A program made the translations under genes and the position numbers. Positions 49,604 to 57,938 of a DNA stretch of 64,000 nucleotides are shown in pieces. The first letter of the stretch is position 1, and each line of letters starts with the position of its first letter. The stretch is from a virus (lineage: Duplodnaviria; Caudoviricetes), in IMG/VR virus record IMGVR_UViG_3300033075_001021. The stretch is one strand, 5' to 3'. Under the pieces are notes generated by a model that saw nothing but the letters and a program-made list of their open reading frames with translations, did no database searches and was not told where the DNA came from.

Positions 49604-50134
49604 TTATTTCTTTTTGAATTTTACTTCATTATATGATATTTGAACATAAATCGTAGACACATCTTTACTCTCGTAATCTAATGGGCTCCAATCAACATTT
49701 GTAATAACACAACCCTTTAATACCCATTTTTCAATAACTTCACCTAATGGGTCCAACACTTCAATTTTTAACTTAAAGGGTTTTTGTGTTTCAATCAATT
49801 TCATTAAGTTTTCTGTTGTAGATGGTTCAACACCATCACGTAATATTACGGTTATTTTACCACCAACATTAAATGGATAAGTTGGTCTAGTTAATCCTTT
49901 TACGTACCATTCTGAAATATTAAATTCTTTAGGGAATATTAAATACCAACGATTTGCCATTTTTGGCTCATACATAAACGGAGTTTTAGAATTCTTAACA
50001 ATATTCTCTTTTCCGTAAACATCTTTGATTTTTTTAGGGAGTTTTTTACCCATTGATTTAGCTTGCCTCGCAGTTCTTTTATACATTTCTTTGGCTTCAT
50101 CCATTGTTGTTGTTGTATAACCTGTTACCATCAT
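49604..50134 (-). CDS. Tail tube paralogue with an N-terminal extension
   Basis: YEPKMANRWYLIFP...LDPLGEVIEKWVLKG aligns by eye with the adjacent tube protein. Confidence 0.7.
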   Translation of the reverse strand: MMVTGYTTTTMDEAKEMYKRTARQAKSMGKKLPKKIKDVYGKENIVKNSKTPFMYEPKMANRWYLIFPKEFNISEWYVKGLTRPTYPFNVGGKITVILRDGVEPSTTENLMKLIETQKPFKLKIEVLDPLGEVIEKWVLKGCVITNVDWSPLDYESKDVSTIYVQISYNEVKFKKK

Positions 50135-50184
50135 ATTAAAACATTTGTATCAATAAATATATGAAATTAATTTTTTTTGTAAAT

Positions 50185-50214
50185 AAAAAGCCCTGCAAAT
50201 AATTGCAAGGCTTT
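50185..50214 (-). terminator. Intrinsic terminator after the tail tube gene
   Basis: 12-bp stem (one G-U pair on the minus strand) plus a U-run. Confidence 0.8.
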
Positions 50215-50235
50215 AAGGTATAAGTAAAGAAAAAT

Positions 50236-50724
50236 TTAGAATAATAAGATTGCTCTATCAAATCTAAGAGTAGCGGTAATCTGAGCGATACCATCGTCAT
50301 CCATGGCTAAGTCACCAAAACCGACGTTGGTTAACATGGTACCATCAAGTAACCATTTTTCAACAACAACACCAGTCGGGTCAAGCATTTCAAGCTCAAC
50401 AGGTCTTTTATAACCCACAGCATAACCTTGACGACCAGTGATAGATTCTGAGTGAAGACGTACCCATTCCATAATAGCTTGTGTAGCTGAAGGACCAATA
50501 GGGTCACGGAATGTTACATCAATACTTTCCCACGTAAATCGACCAATTACCCAAGTAGATGTATTTAAGAACTGAATTTCAGTTTCATTTTGTGTAATTG
50601 AAGGTCTTGATGCACTTTCTAACCACCATTGCTGAATACCCAAATCAGCTGGGAACGTAATAAGCCAACGATTTTTCCTTTTAGGTTCGTAAGGCAACGG
50701 CATTTTCATTAGTAAATCTGACAT
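50236..50724 (-). CDS. Major tail tube protein (T4 gp19-like)
   Basis: YEPKRKNRW, GRFTWESIDVTFRDPI, IMEW and LDPTGVVVEKWLL. Confidence 0.85.
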   Translation of the reverse strand: MSDLLMKMPLPYEPKRKNRWLITFPADLGIQQWWLESASRPSITQNETEIQFLNTSTWVIGRFTWESIDVTFRDPIGPSATQAIMEWVRLHSESITGRQGYAVGYKRPVELEMLDPTGVVVEKWLLDGTMLTNVGFGDLAMDDDGIAQITATLRFDRAILLF

Positions 50725-50787
50725 ATCTTTGTGTTTTTAAGTTAGTCTTTTATTTTATTATAAATATGTGGTTTTTAAGTTTTATTC

Positions 50788-53667
50788 TTAACCAAACATA
50801 ATTTTTTTGATTCTTTCCACACTCTCATCTATTTGTCCTTCAACATTTTCAATTGATTCAAATCTAGTTGTACCACCATTATTCATATAAGTATCCAAAT
50901 AATCATATCTACCTTTATATTTTTTTGGTTGGTCACCTTGTGATGTAGGCCCTTGTGGTTGCCCACCTTGTGGTGTAGACCCTTGTGGTTGTCCACCTTG
51001 AGAACCAGTTGCATTAGAAAGTTTTCCCTCTTTCTTTAATTTAGTTAAATATTGAAAAAGGTTCATTGCATTAGATAAGAATTTTAAAAGATTGGCTTTA
51101 AATCTACCCCTATCTTGGGCATCCCTTAAAAATGCTTTATTTGGATTTAGCATGTCATAAGCATCACCTTCTTCAACTTTATTAATATTTCCACCACCAA
51201 GGCCTGCCATCTTATCAATCATACTAGCAAATTTGTATTTTCCAGAGTATAATGTAATGAAAATATCATCAATAAAGGCTTTTAATGAATTTGCGGCTTT
51301 TGGATTATCAGCAGGTAAATTAAACATCTTTTTAAAATCTGTCGCCATAATTGGATTAGAATTAAAACTTTTTAAATGACCCGCCATTACCTTATCAGAA
51401 GACTTCATGTTCTTAATCCTATTCCTTAAGGACTCAATACGACGCATTATTTCTTCAAATGATTTTAATTTATCATATGATAAGTTTTTATTCAAAAATT
51501 GAACCATTCTTTTATCCTTAATATATTGACCTTCAAATAATTGTGATTCATTCATCTTTTTTAATGAGTCAGTTGGAACGGTAAATACATTTTTAGCAAT
51601 ATTTTGGGCCCTAACTTGGGTTCTACCATCACCTAATTTTGGATTAATAATTGTGACTGGTTGTCCGTTATAGTTATATGTATCACCAGCTTTCATTCCT
51701 TGATTATCCATTGCAGCACCAGTACCTACATTATCTGCGGAACGAGTTCCTAACATGTTTCTATTATTTACAATGAATTGGAATAGATTTCTAAGTGAGT
51801 TGTATAAGTCATCGCCTGATACTGAACCACTTGTGCCCGTTTTTCCACGTGGAACATCCCCATTTACAGCTGATGATGGACTAACTATTTCGCCCTGCGG
51901 TTCAATAATACCCGCACCACCATCAAGGTTTCTAATTGATTGATATAGGTCATTTAAGGTTTTGGCCCTAGATTGTTTTTGGCCCTTCATCCTCATAAGT
52001 TTAACCAAGGCACCAGCGGCTAATAGACCAATACCAATTGGACCTAACACAGCACCCAATCCTTTTGCGGCGGCATATCCAGCGCCAGTTTTTACGCCTG
52101 TCTTTACAACGGTCTTGGCAATTGCTTGTGGAATAATTTTTGTTAAAATAGATATTAAACTTCTACCAGCAATTGTTCCATAAAGAGTTGTATTTGTTGG
52201 AACAAGTTTACCTGTTCCAGATGATTGAGTTCCATCTTGGAACATAAAGTTAATATTTTGATGTGATGTTGGATTGTTAATCAACTCATGTAAACCTTTA
52301 GCTGCTTCCTGTGGACGCATCATAACCCCACCGTCTTGACATAATAGGTCAACACCTTTGTGGGCGTCACCACCACCAATTTGCTTAAGTGCATCGATAA
52401 ATTCACTAGTAGATGAATTAGCATTCAATTGATGATTTGTAACACGGCCCAATAATTTATAGACACCCTCACCTGGTTTAATATCATTAAACACTTGAGT
52501 GTGTTGTTGAATCATTTGGGTTGTATTTTCAGTATCGGTATAATTAAATGGTGTATCAAACAAATGCTTAAACCAATCAGTATTTACCAACCAATTAAAA
52601 GCACCAAGAGAAGCACCTATACCCATTAGTGTTAATGGAAGTTTATTAGACTTAAGAGTTTTCATTCTTTCACTATCAAAATCATCTCCTTGTCCTCTTT
52701 TGTTTTGTAAGTGCGTTCTAGCTAAACCAGCAAGTTTGGATTGTGGAACGTTGGTATGTTGTGGCGTTTCACCCGCCTGTGTTTGAAAATCATACCCAGC
52801 CTCATTAACGGTACCCCCTTTTCTTCTTATATCATTGATATTATAATACAAATCTTCCCACCATTCATCATCCTTTGTATAACTATTTGCAACTTCTTGG
52901 TTTATACCAGAGTCGCTAATATAAAGCGTTACAGCCATCTCAACATCGTTCTCAGTATATTCTTCTGGTAATCCATCTATAATGTGATTAGCCACGTTCA
53001 AACTTGACATCATCTTTTGGTCAATTGAAGAACCAATTCCTGAATTTGAATTATCTCTACCATACATTCCCCATGTCATATCTTGACCACCACTATCTTC
53101 ACCATATTCATCGATAGCCCAAGATTCATTAAGCTCATTAATCTCTTCTTCATTCAATGTAATTGTATTTCCCTCAATTTCATCAACAACAGAGTATACC
53201 GCTGTTAAATCAACATCCAAAAACTTCTTTACGTATTCCCTAAGGTCGTTAATAACACCATTAGCTGCATCAATCGGTAAATAACCTTCTTCATCGGGGT
53301 TCTTTTGAGTTGATACCACAATTGAATCGTAAACAGCTGAAATACTTAAAATGGTATTCAAAAACTCAACTTCCTTTTCGTTGTTCGGAAACTTAGGGTT
53401 TGTTTCTTTTATTTGAGCATCTAGATTAGCAATAACTTCATTACCTTTTTTGTTGATAATGTCTTGGATTCTTTGAGCCGCTTCTTGGTCAATCTTACCC
53501 TTCCCAAATATCTTACCGCCAGCCTTATAGCGTCCTAATTTAGAAAGACCATACTTTATCTTTTCCCAAGCACCTTCATCAAGTACTTCTGTTTCTTGTA
53601 TCATTTCGCTTAAAATGAGATTAACAACTTTAGCGTGTTGTTCTTCCGTTAAAATAATTTTAGGCAT
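50788..53667 (-). CDS. Large hypothetical protein, candidate internal head / ejected membrane protein
   Basis: 959 aa with two hydrophobic Gly-rich helices, many [ILV]xE sites and a C-terminal IDESVERIKKIM. Confidence 0.5.
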   Translation of the reverse strand: MPKIILTEEQHAKVVNLILSEMIQETEVLDEGAWEKIKYGLSKLGRYKAGGKIFGKGKIDQEAAQRIQDIINKKGNEVIANLDAQIKETNPKFPNNEKEVEFLNTILSISAVYDSIVVSTQKNPDEEGYLPIDAANGVINDLREYVKKFLDVDLTAVYSVVDEIEGNTITLNEEEINELNESWAIDEYGEDSGGQDMTWGMYGRDNSNSGIGSSIDQKMMSSLNVANHIIDGLPEEYTENDVEMAVTLYISDSGINQEVANSYTKDDEWWEDLYYNINDIRRKGGTVNEAGYDFQTQAGETPQHTNVPQSKLAGLARTHLQNKRGQGDDFDSERMKTLKSNKLPLTLMGIGASLGAFNWLVNTDWFKHLFDTPFNYTDTENTTQMIQQHTQVFNDIKPGEGVYKLLGRVTNHQLNANSSTSEFIDALKQIGGGDAHKGVDLLCQDGGVMMRPQEAAKGLHELINNPTSHQNINFMFQDGTQSSGTGKLVPTNTTLYGTIAGRSLISILTKIIPQAIAKTVVKTGVKTGAGYAAAKGLGAVLGPIGIGLLAAGALVKLMRMKGQKQSRAKTLNDLYQSIRNLDGGAGIIEPQGEIVSPSSAVNGDVPRGKTGTSGSVSGDDLYNSLRNLFQFIVNNRNMLGTRSADNVGTGAAMDNQGMKAGDTYNYNGQPVTIINPKLGDGRTQVRAQNIAKNVFTVPTDSLKKMNESQLFEGQYIKDKRMVQFLNKNLSYDKLKSFEEIMRRIESLRNRIKNMKSSDKVMAGHLKSFNSNPIMATDFKKMFNLPADNPKAANSLKAFIDDIFITLYSGKYKFASMIDKMAGLGGGNINKVEEGDAYDMLNPNKAFLRDAQDRGRFKANLLKFLSNAMNLFQYLTKLKKEGKLSNATGSQGGQPQGSTPQGGQPQGPTSQGDQPKKYKGRYDYLDTYMNNGGTTRFESIENVEGQIDESVERIKKIMFG
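50926..51000. repeat. 30-bp tandem repeat encoding QGGQPQGxTx
   Basis: About 2.5 copies of TGGTTG.CCACCTTGTG.TGTAG.CCCTTG. Confidence 0.8.
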
Positions 53668-53696
53668 ATTGTAATTTTCTTATAAATATCTTCTTA

Positions 53697-53726
53697 AAAA
53701 GAAAAACCCCTGAAATTCAGGGGTTT
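53697..53726 (-). terminator. Intrinsic terminator after the sheath gene
   Basis: AAACCCCTGA/TCAGGGGTTT stem with a U-rich tail. Confidence 0.85.
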
Positions 53727-53743
53727 CTTATTTTTTTATTTGA

Positions 53744-56581
53744 TTAGATATTGTCAAATGAAGCACCAGTGTTCATGATATTAAATTCAATTTCAATGAA
53801 TTCAAGACTTCTGGTTGGCTTAAGGAATATCTTACCAGTTAATTGGTTTCTATCGATATCCTCAGGGTCATTGCTCAATACCACTCTAAAGTCTGTAAGA
53901 CCTCTTTCCGTTCTGATGTTATCCAAGATTGGATTAACAAGAGCTAAGAATTGGTTTCTTACAATTGTATCGTTTTGTTCGAACAACAATCTGATAGCAA
54001 CAGCAGAGATAAGCTTTCTAGCTTGAAGAAGTAATCTTCTAACATTGATTCTGTTAAGTGCAGAGTCTTTAACTTGAAGAGTCTTATTACCCCAAATCTT
54101 AATACCGTCAGATGTGAAGGTTGCGATTGGGTTAATTCTGTTCTCATAAAGAACGTCTCTCTCAGCCAATGTAAGCTTTTTACGTGCTTTTATAGCGTCA
54201 ACATCACCTCTTTGGATACCAGCAACAGCAAACCATGGGAATGCAATGTTATCGGTTAATGCAATGTTTCTTACCACATCTCTTGTAGGTGGAACATAAA
54301 TATAAACGTTGTTCTCAGCATCAAGGATTTGAATCCATGGCCAGTAAGTTGCGGTGTAGTTTGAATCATACATATCGTATAAGTTATCAGTAACATCACC
54401 AACATTTAACACACCACCAGAAGAGTCTGTATCAGGAGTTGTAACGATATACAATGAGTCAGCCCTATCCTCTTCAATCATTTCAATAGTTTGTTCAACT
54501 AAATTCGTGTTATCAAAGGTATCAATACCTGGTGTTGCAAACACGTTGATGTTAACAGCCTCAGGGTTTTTAAACGTCCAAATAGCTTCAAGGTATGCGT
54601 AGTAATCAGATGTAATACCCATGTCACCATTAGAAAGTGTTTTAGAGGTAAACACACCGCTAGATAAACCAGCTTGTCCTTTGGTACCATTGATAATAAA
54701 ACTATCTAAATTACTTCTTCTAGTTCTATATGCGTCCCATCCATCAAAACCACCGTAAAATGCACTTGTAAACTTACGAGCATATACTTTTTCATATGGA
54801 CCGTTAGCTAAACCACTTTCAGTTGTAAATGTCCAGTTACCTGTTTCAAATTCAAAAATAGGGTTGTAAGTTGCACCAGAGTTACCATTGATATAATATG
54901 TTACACCGTCAATAGTTGCCGTTGCAGCATTAATATCCATGTGGAAACCTTTTGTTAATCCAGTCCAATGGTCATAAGTTTGTCCAATTGGAACACCCTT
55001 ATAGTCAAAGAAGTCAGCATCAATACCTATGGTATTTGAAAGACCTAGATAATACTTACGTTTATTTTCAAATGTACCATATGTTTGTTTGTACATTATA
55101 TTTGGTGTCTGTACAGTTGTATTACTGTTGATTTGGTAATCCCTAACAGGGAAACCAACGAAACCAGCAGGGAAAGCGTCGCTTGTGTCAACAGTATCAT
55201 CCAATTCAACTAAAATGTAAGCTGATTTAGATGCGTATGTTCCATCAAGAGTACCAATTCTTCTAGCGATAAAGTTGTTAGAAGTTGGGTCCATTGTACA
55301 ACGAGTGAATGCTTCAAGTATGCTTGGTTGTGAATCAGTATCGTAGAATCCTCTAATATATACGTCAAATTCTTTAGTATCTGGCTTAATATTAGCAATA
55401 GAAACTTTAAACTGTTCGTTTGCAGCATTACCATCAGAAATAGTCCAGAATCTGAACAATCTTAACACCTTATTACCTCTTAATTCAGATACGAAGTAAG
55501 GGGTAACAGCTGGTTGATACTCTTGAAGGTAATCTTCAAAGCTATCTTGATATACAACTGGAGTTAGGTTAATACCTCTTATCTTTTCAGTTTGGTAATC
55601 ACTGTTAAACATGTTGTCGAATAATTCCTCAACATATATCGCAGTTTTACCGTCTTGAGGTGTTCTACCTAAAACTCTTGGTAAATAATTCTTTTGTGTT
55701 TTATCAAATGAACAAGAATAATTGAAATCACCCAAGGTAGTTGAATTACCACTTAATGAGAATGTACCTAACGGATTTGTTTCAGCCGCCGTAACACTTG
55801 GGTCAAAGATAACACTACCAGTAACTTGGAATGTCGGTACTTGAGTTGTAGCGTCAATAGAACCTCTTGAGCGTAAAAGCGCCACCAATTTATTTTCGAT
55901 ATCTGAATATCCAGTACCAACATCCTGAATTGTATAACCAGATGTTATACCAGTATAGGTACTACCAGTACTAGAAAGAATTGTTGATAATGTAAGACCG
56001 ACAGTTGCGGCTGTAAATGCATCACCTACCTTGACATATTCGCTTGAAACAACTGAGGTTTCACCACTAGTCATTGTCGCTAAGAAGTCAAATGTAATAG
56101 CACTTGTTGTGTATAGATAATTAAATAATGCGTCAGTAGAACTAACAGCAACCAATGTACCACCAGTTGTAGCGGTAAATGTTACAAGTGGGTCAACATA
56201 TGTTGTAGTTGCACTAATTGTGGTTGGGTCTAATGCTGCGTCTAAACTGATACCCCAGCTTGGACCTGCGTAATATCCAGAGAAACCTAAAATTCTTGTA
56301 ACGAACAATTGGTTTGACTGTGAGAGATATGATTTAGCAATGTATGGTAATTCATATAATGGCGCACCATTACCATCAGAGCCATTTACTAAGGTGTTGT
56401 CTAATCCACCAAAAAATGACTGGAACTCACCATAGTTGCTAATAAAAATTGGTTGGAATGCTGGCCCTTTGGTTGTCTCACCCACCAAACCCAACGTAGT
56501 AACACCTACTTGACGTGTTACGAAGGTTAAGTCTTTTTCTGAAGTGTAAACACCTGGACTAACGAATACTTTGTCTGCCAT
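53744..56581 (-). CDS. Tail sheath protein (T4 gp18-like)
   Basis: VSPGVYTSEKD, LVGETTKGPAF, YWPW, PWFAVAG, LYENRINPI, IWGNKTL, RINVRRLL and PTRSLEFI. Confidence 0.95.
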   Translation of the reverse strand: MADKVFVSPGVYTSEKDLTFVTRQVGVTTLGLVGETTKGPAFQPIFISNYGEFQSFFGGLDNTLVNGSDGNGAPLYELPYIAKSYLSQSNQLFVTRILGFSGYYAGPSWGISLDAALDPTTISATTTYVDPLVTFTATTGGTLVAVSSTDALFNYLYTTSAITFDFLATMTSGETSVVSSEYVKVGDAFTAATVGLTLSTILSSTGSTYTGITSGYTIQDVGTGYSDIENKLVALLRSRGSIDATTQVPTFQVTGSVIFDPSVTAAETNPLGTFSLSGNSTTLGDFNYSCSFDKTQKNYLPRVLGRTPQDGKTAIYVEELFDNMFNSDYQTEKIRGINLTPVVYQDSFEDYLQEYQPAVTPYFVSELRGNKVLRLFRFWTISDGNAANEQFKVSIANIKPDTKEFDVYIRGFYDTDSQPSILEAFTRCTMDPTSNNFIARRIGTLDGTYASKSAYILVELDDTVDTSDAFPAGFVGFPVRDYQINSNTTVQTPNIMYKQTYGTFENKRKYYLGLSNTIGIDADFFDYKGVPIGQTYDHWTGLTKGFHMDINAATATIDGVTYYINGNSGATYNPIFEFETGNWTFTTESGLANGPYEKVYARKFTSAFYGGFDGWDAYRTRRSNLDSFIINGTKGQAGLSSGVFTSKTLSNGDMGITSDYYAYLEAIWTFKNPEAVNINVFATPGIDTFDNTNLVEQTIEMIEEDRADSLYIVTTPDTDSSGGVLNVGDVTDNLYDMYDSNYTATYWPWIQILDAENNVYIYVPPTRDVVRNIALTDNIAFPWFAVAGIQRGDVDAIKARKKLTLAERDVLYENRINPIATFTSDGIKIWGNKTLQVKDSALNRINVRRLLLQARKLISAVAIRLLFEQNDTIVRNQFLALVNPILDNIRTERGLTDFRVVLSNDPEDIDRNQLTGKIFLKPTRSLEFIEIEFNIMNTGASFDNI

Positions 56582-56619
56582 ATTTTTTCTTTTGTTTTTT
56601 TAGGATTATTCTTGTTTAT

Positions 56620-56666
56620 AATAAATATTCAAGAAAAACCGAAAAAAATGTTTGATTTATAAATAT
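56620..56666 (-). promoter_or_regulatory. Tandem candidate late-promoter boxes upstream of the sheath gene
   Basis: ATATTTATT (56628-56620) and ATATTTATA (56666-56658). Confidence 0.55.
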
Positions 56667-56673
56667 TTGAAAT

Positions 56674-57057
56674 TTACCCCAAAAGACTCTTATGGCTCAT
56701 AATCAAAGAAGAAGCGAGCAAAATTGACTTAATTACACCAGACCAAAACTCAGTATTTTTCTTAAAAACCTTCCTAAATAAGATATCGGTTTTAGCTGTT
56801 ATACCAACATAAAAAAATGGCTTTTTTAGGGCAACAACATGAACAACACCACCAAAAACAACCCAAAATAACATTAAAGAAGATATTGCTGCCCAGAAAC
56901 CAAAATAAATAAAAACCAAAATTGAAACATAAACAAATATTACAGCACCCGTTGTGTGCCAATACTTATTATACTTTGGATTATTGACCCTCTTATCTAA
57001 AATAAGAAAAGAGTTGTATAACCCAAGTAAAATTGTAAAAATTAAGACCATCCACAT
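56674..57057 (-). CDS. Multi-pass membrane protein
   Basis: 3-4 hydrophobic helices; the ATG at 57057 avoids overlap with the upstream gene (ORF track start is 57087). Confidence 0.65.
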   Translation of the reverse strand: MWMVLIFTILLGLYNSFLILDKRVNNPKYNKYWHTTGAVIFVYVSILVFIYFGFWAAISSLMLFWVVFGGVVHVVALKKPFFYVGITAKTDILFRKVFKKNTEFWSGVIKSILLASSLIMSHKSLLG

Positions 57058-57059
57058 AA

Positions 57060-57473
57060 CTATATTATTTTTTTCCACCATAACCACCCAAACATTCTAA
57101 CAAATAAATACCTTAAGTAATTGTCAGTCTTATTTCTTTTATTGGTTAAATTAGACCAAAATAAAAGCTCCCTGTCAACTTGATATCTTGTCATATTGTG
57201 TGTTTCTTGGTGAATATAAAGATAATCATGTATTAATGTCCCAAATAATGCATCATTAAATGGTCTGACAATTGACCATAACCATTTTGGTACGGTTGCC
57301 ATATCATAACAAAAACCTTCTGGAATTGTTATGATAGATTTATTTGATAACATAACATGAATTGGTTTGGTTATCTTCCAATATTTCTTAGATTTGTAAC
57401 TATATATGTATGATTGCTGAATGACATCATCTTTCAACAACTTATTAATTACATTTTTTTCTGTAATAACCAT
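57060..57473 (-). CDS. DUF1353-family protein
   Basis: ITIPEGFCYDMATVPKWLW...LIHDYLY...RYQVD...VRMFGW. Confidence 0.8.
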   Translation of the reverse strand: MVITEKNVINKLLKDDVIQQSYIYSYKSKKYWKITKPIHVMLSNKSIITIPEGFCYDMATVPKWLWSIVRPFNDALFGTLIHDYLYIHQETHNMTRYQVDRELLFWSNLTNKRNKTDNYLRYLFVRMFGWLWWKKII

Positions 57474-57485
57474 ACTAAAAATTTA

Positions 57486-57920
57486 TTAAATCTGATTCAT
57501 TAATTCATAACCCTGTTGAATCGCTGAATTTCTTAAAATAACGTTTTGGGTTATGTTGTAGGTTATATCAGCTGCTAATCTTTGCCAATAGGCGGTTTCA
57601 GGTAAATTCCCTTCACCGTCAGCTACCAATCCATTTGTCATCTCAGCGATTACACCCGCTTGAACTTGTGGCATTAACATATCCATCATCTCAGCATTAA
57701 TTGTTGCGGCTTGTCCTTCAGGTAAATATGTTAAAACTTTAAATATTTGTGTTACAAAGTAATGTGGAACACTAACAGTATACAAAGCTTCAAAATCTGT
57801 ATTACCAGATAATTGAGTCTTGATTGTTTGTATAAGACTAAAATATTGTCTTATTGTTGCATCTTTTAAATTATAAATGATGTAGTAATAATGTTTTGCT
57901 TTTAATTGAATCTGTATCAT
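57486..57920 (-). CDS. Hypothetical protein (possible fibre-associated chaperone)
   Basis: 144-aa ORF immediately downstream of the tail fibre gene. Confidence 0.55.
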   Translation of the reverse strand: MIQIQLKAKHYYYIIYNLKDATIRQYFSLIQTIKTQLSGNTDFEALYTVSVPHYFVTQIFKVLTYLPEGQAATINAEMMDMLMPQVQAGVIAEMTNGLVADGEGNLPETAYWQRLAADITYNITQNVILRNSAIQQGYELMNQI

Positions 57921-57938
57921 ATTTATTTTTTTTTTTTA

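Noticed and set aside
4687-56666. Plus-strand TATAAATA read as canonical T4 late promoters
   Set aside because: They would point away from the adjacent gene starts, and the motif reverses at the single plus-strand gene.
57060-57087. Similar N-termini MVMVEKNNIV and MVITEKNVIN in adjacent 137-aa ORFs, suggesting a duplication
   Set aside because: The first lies inside the 3' end of the DUF1353 gene and is probably not translated; the rest of the proteins are unrelated.
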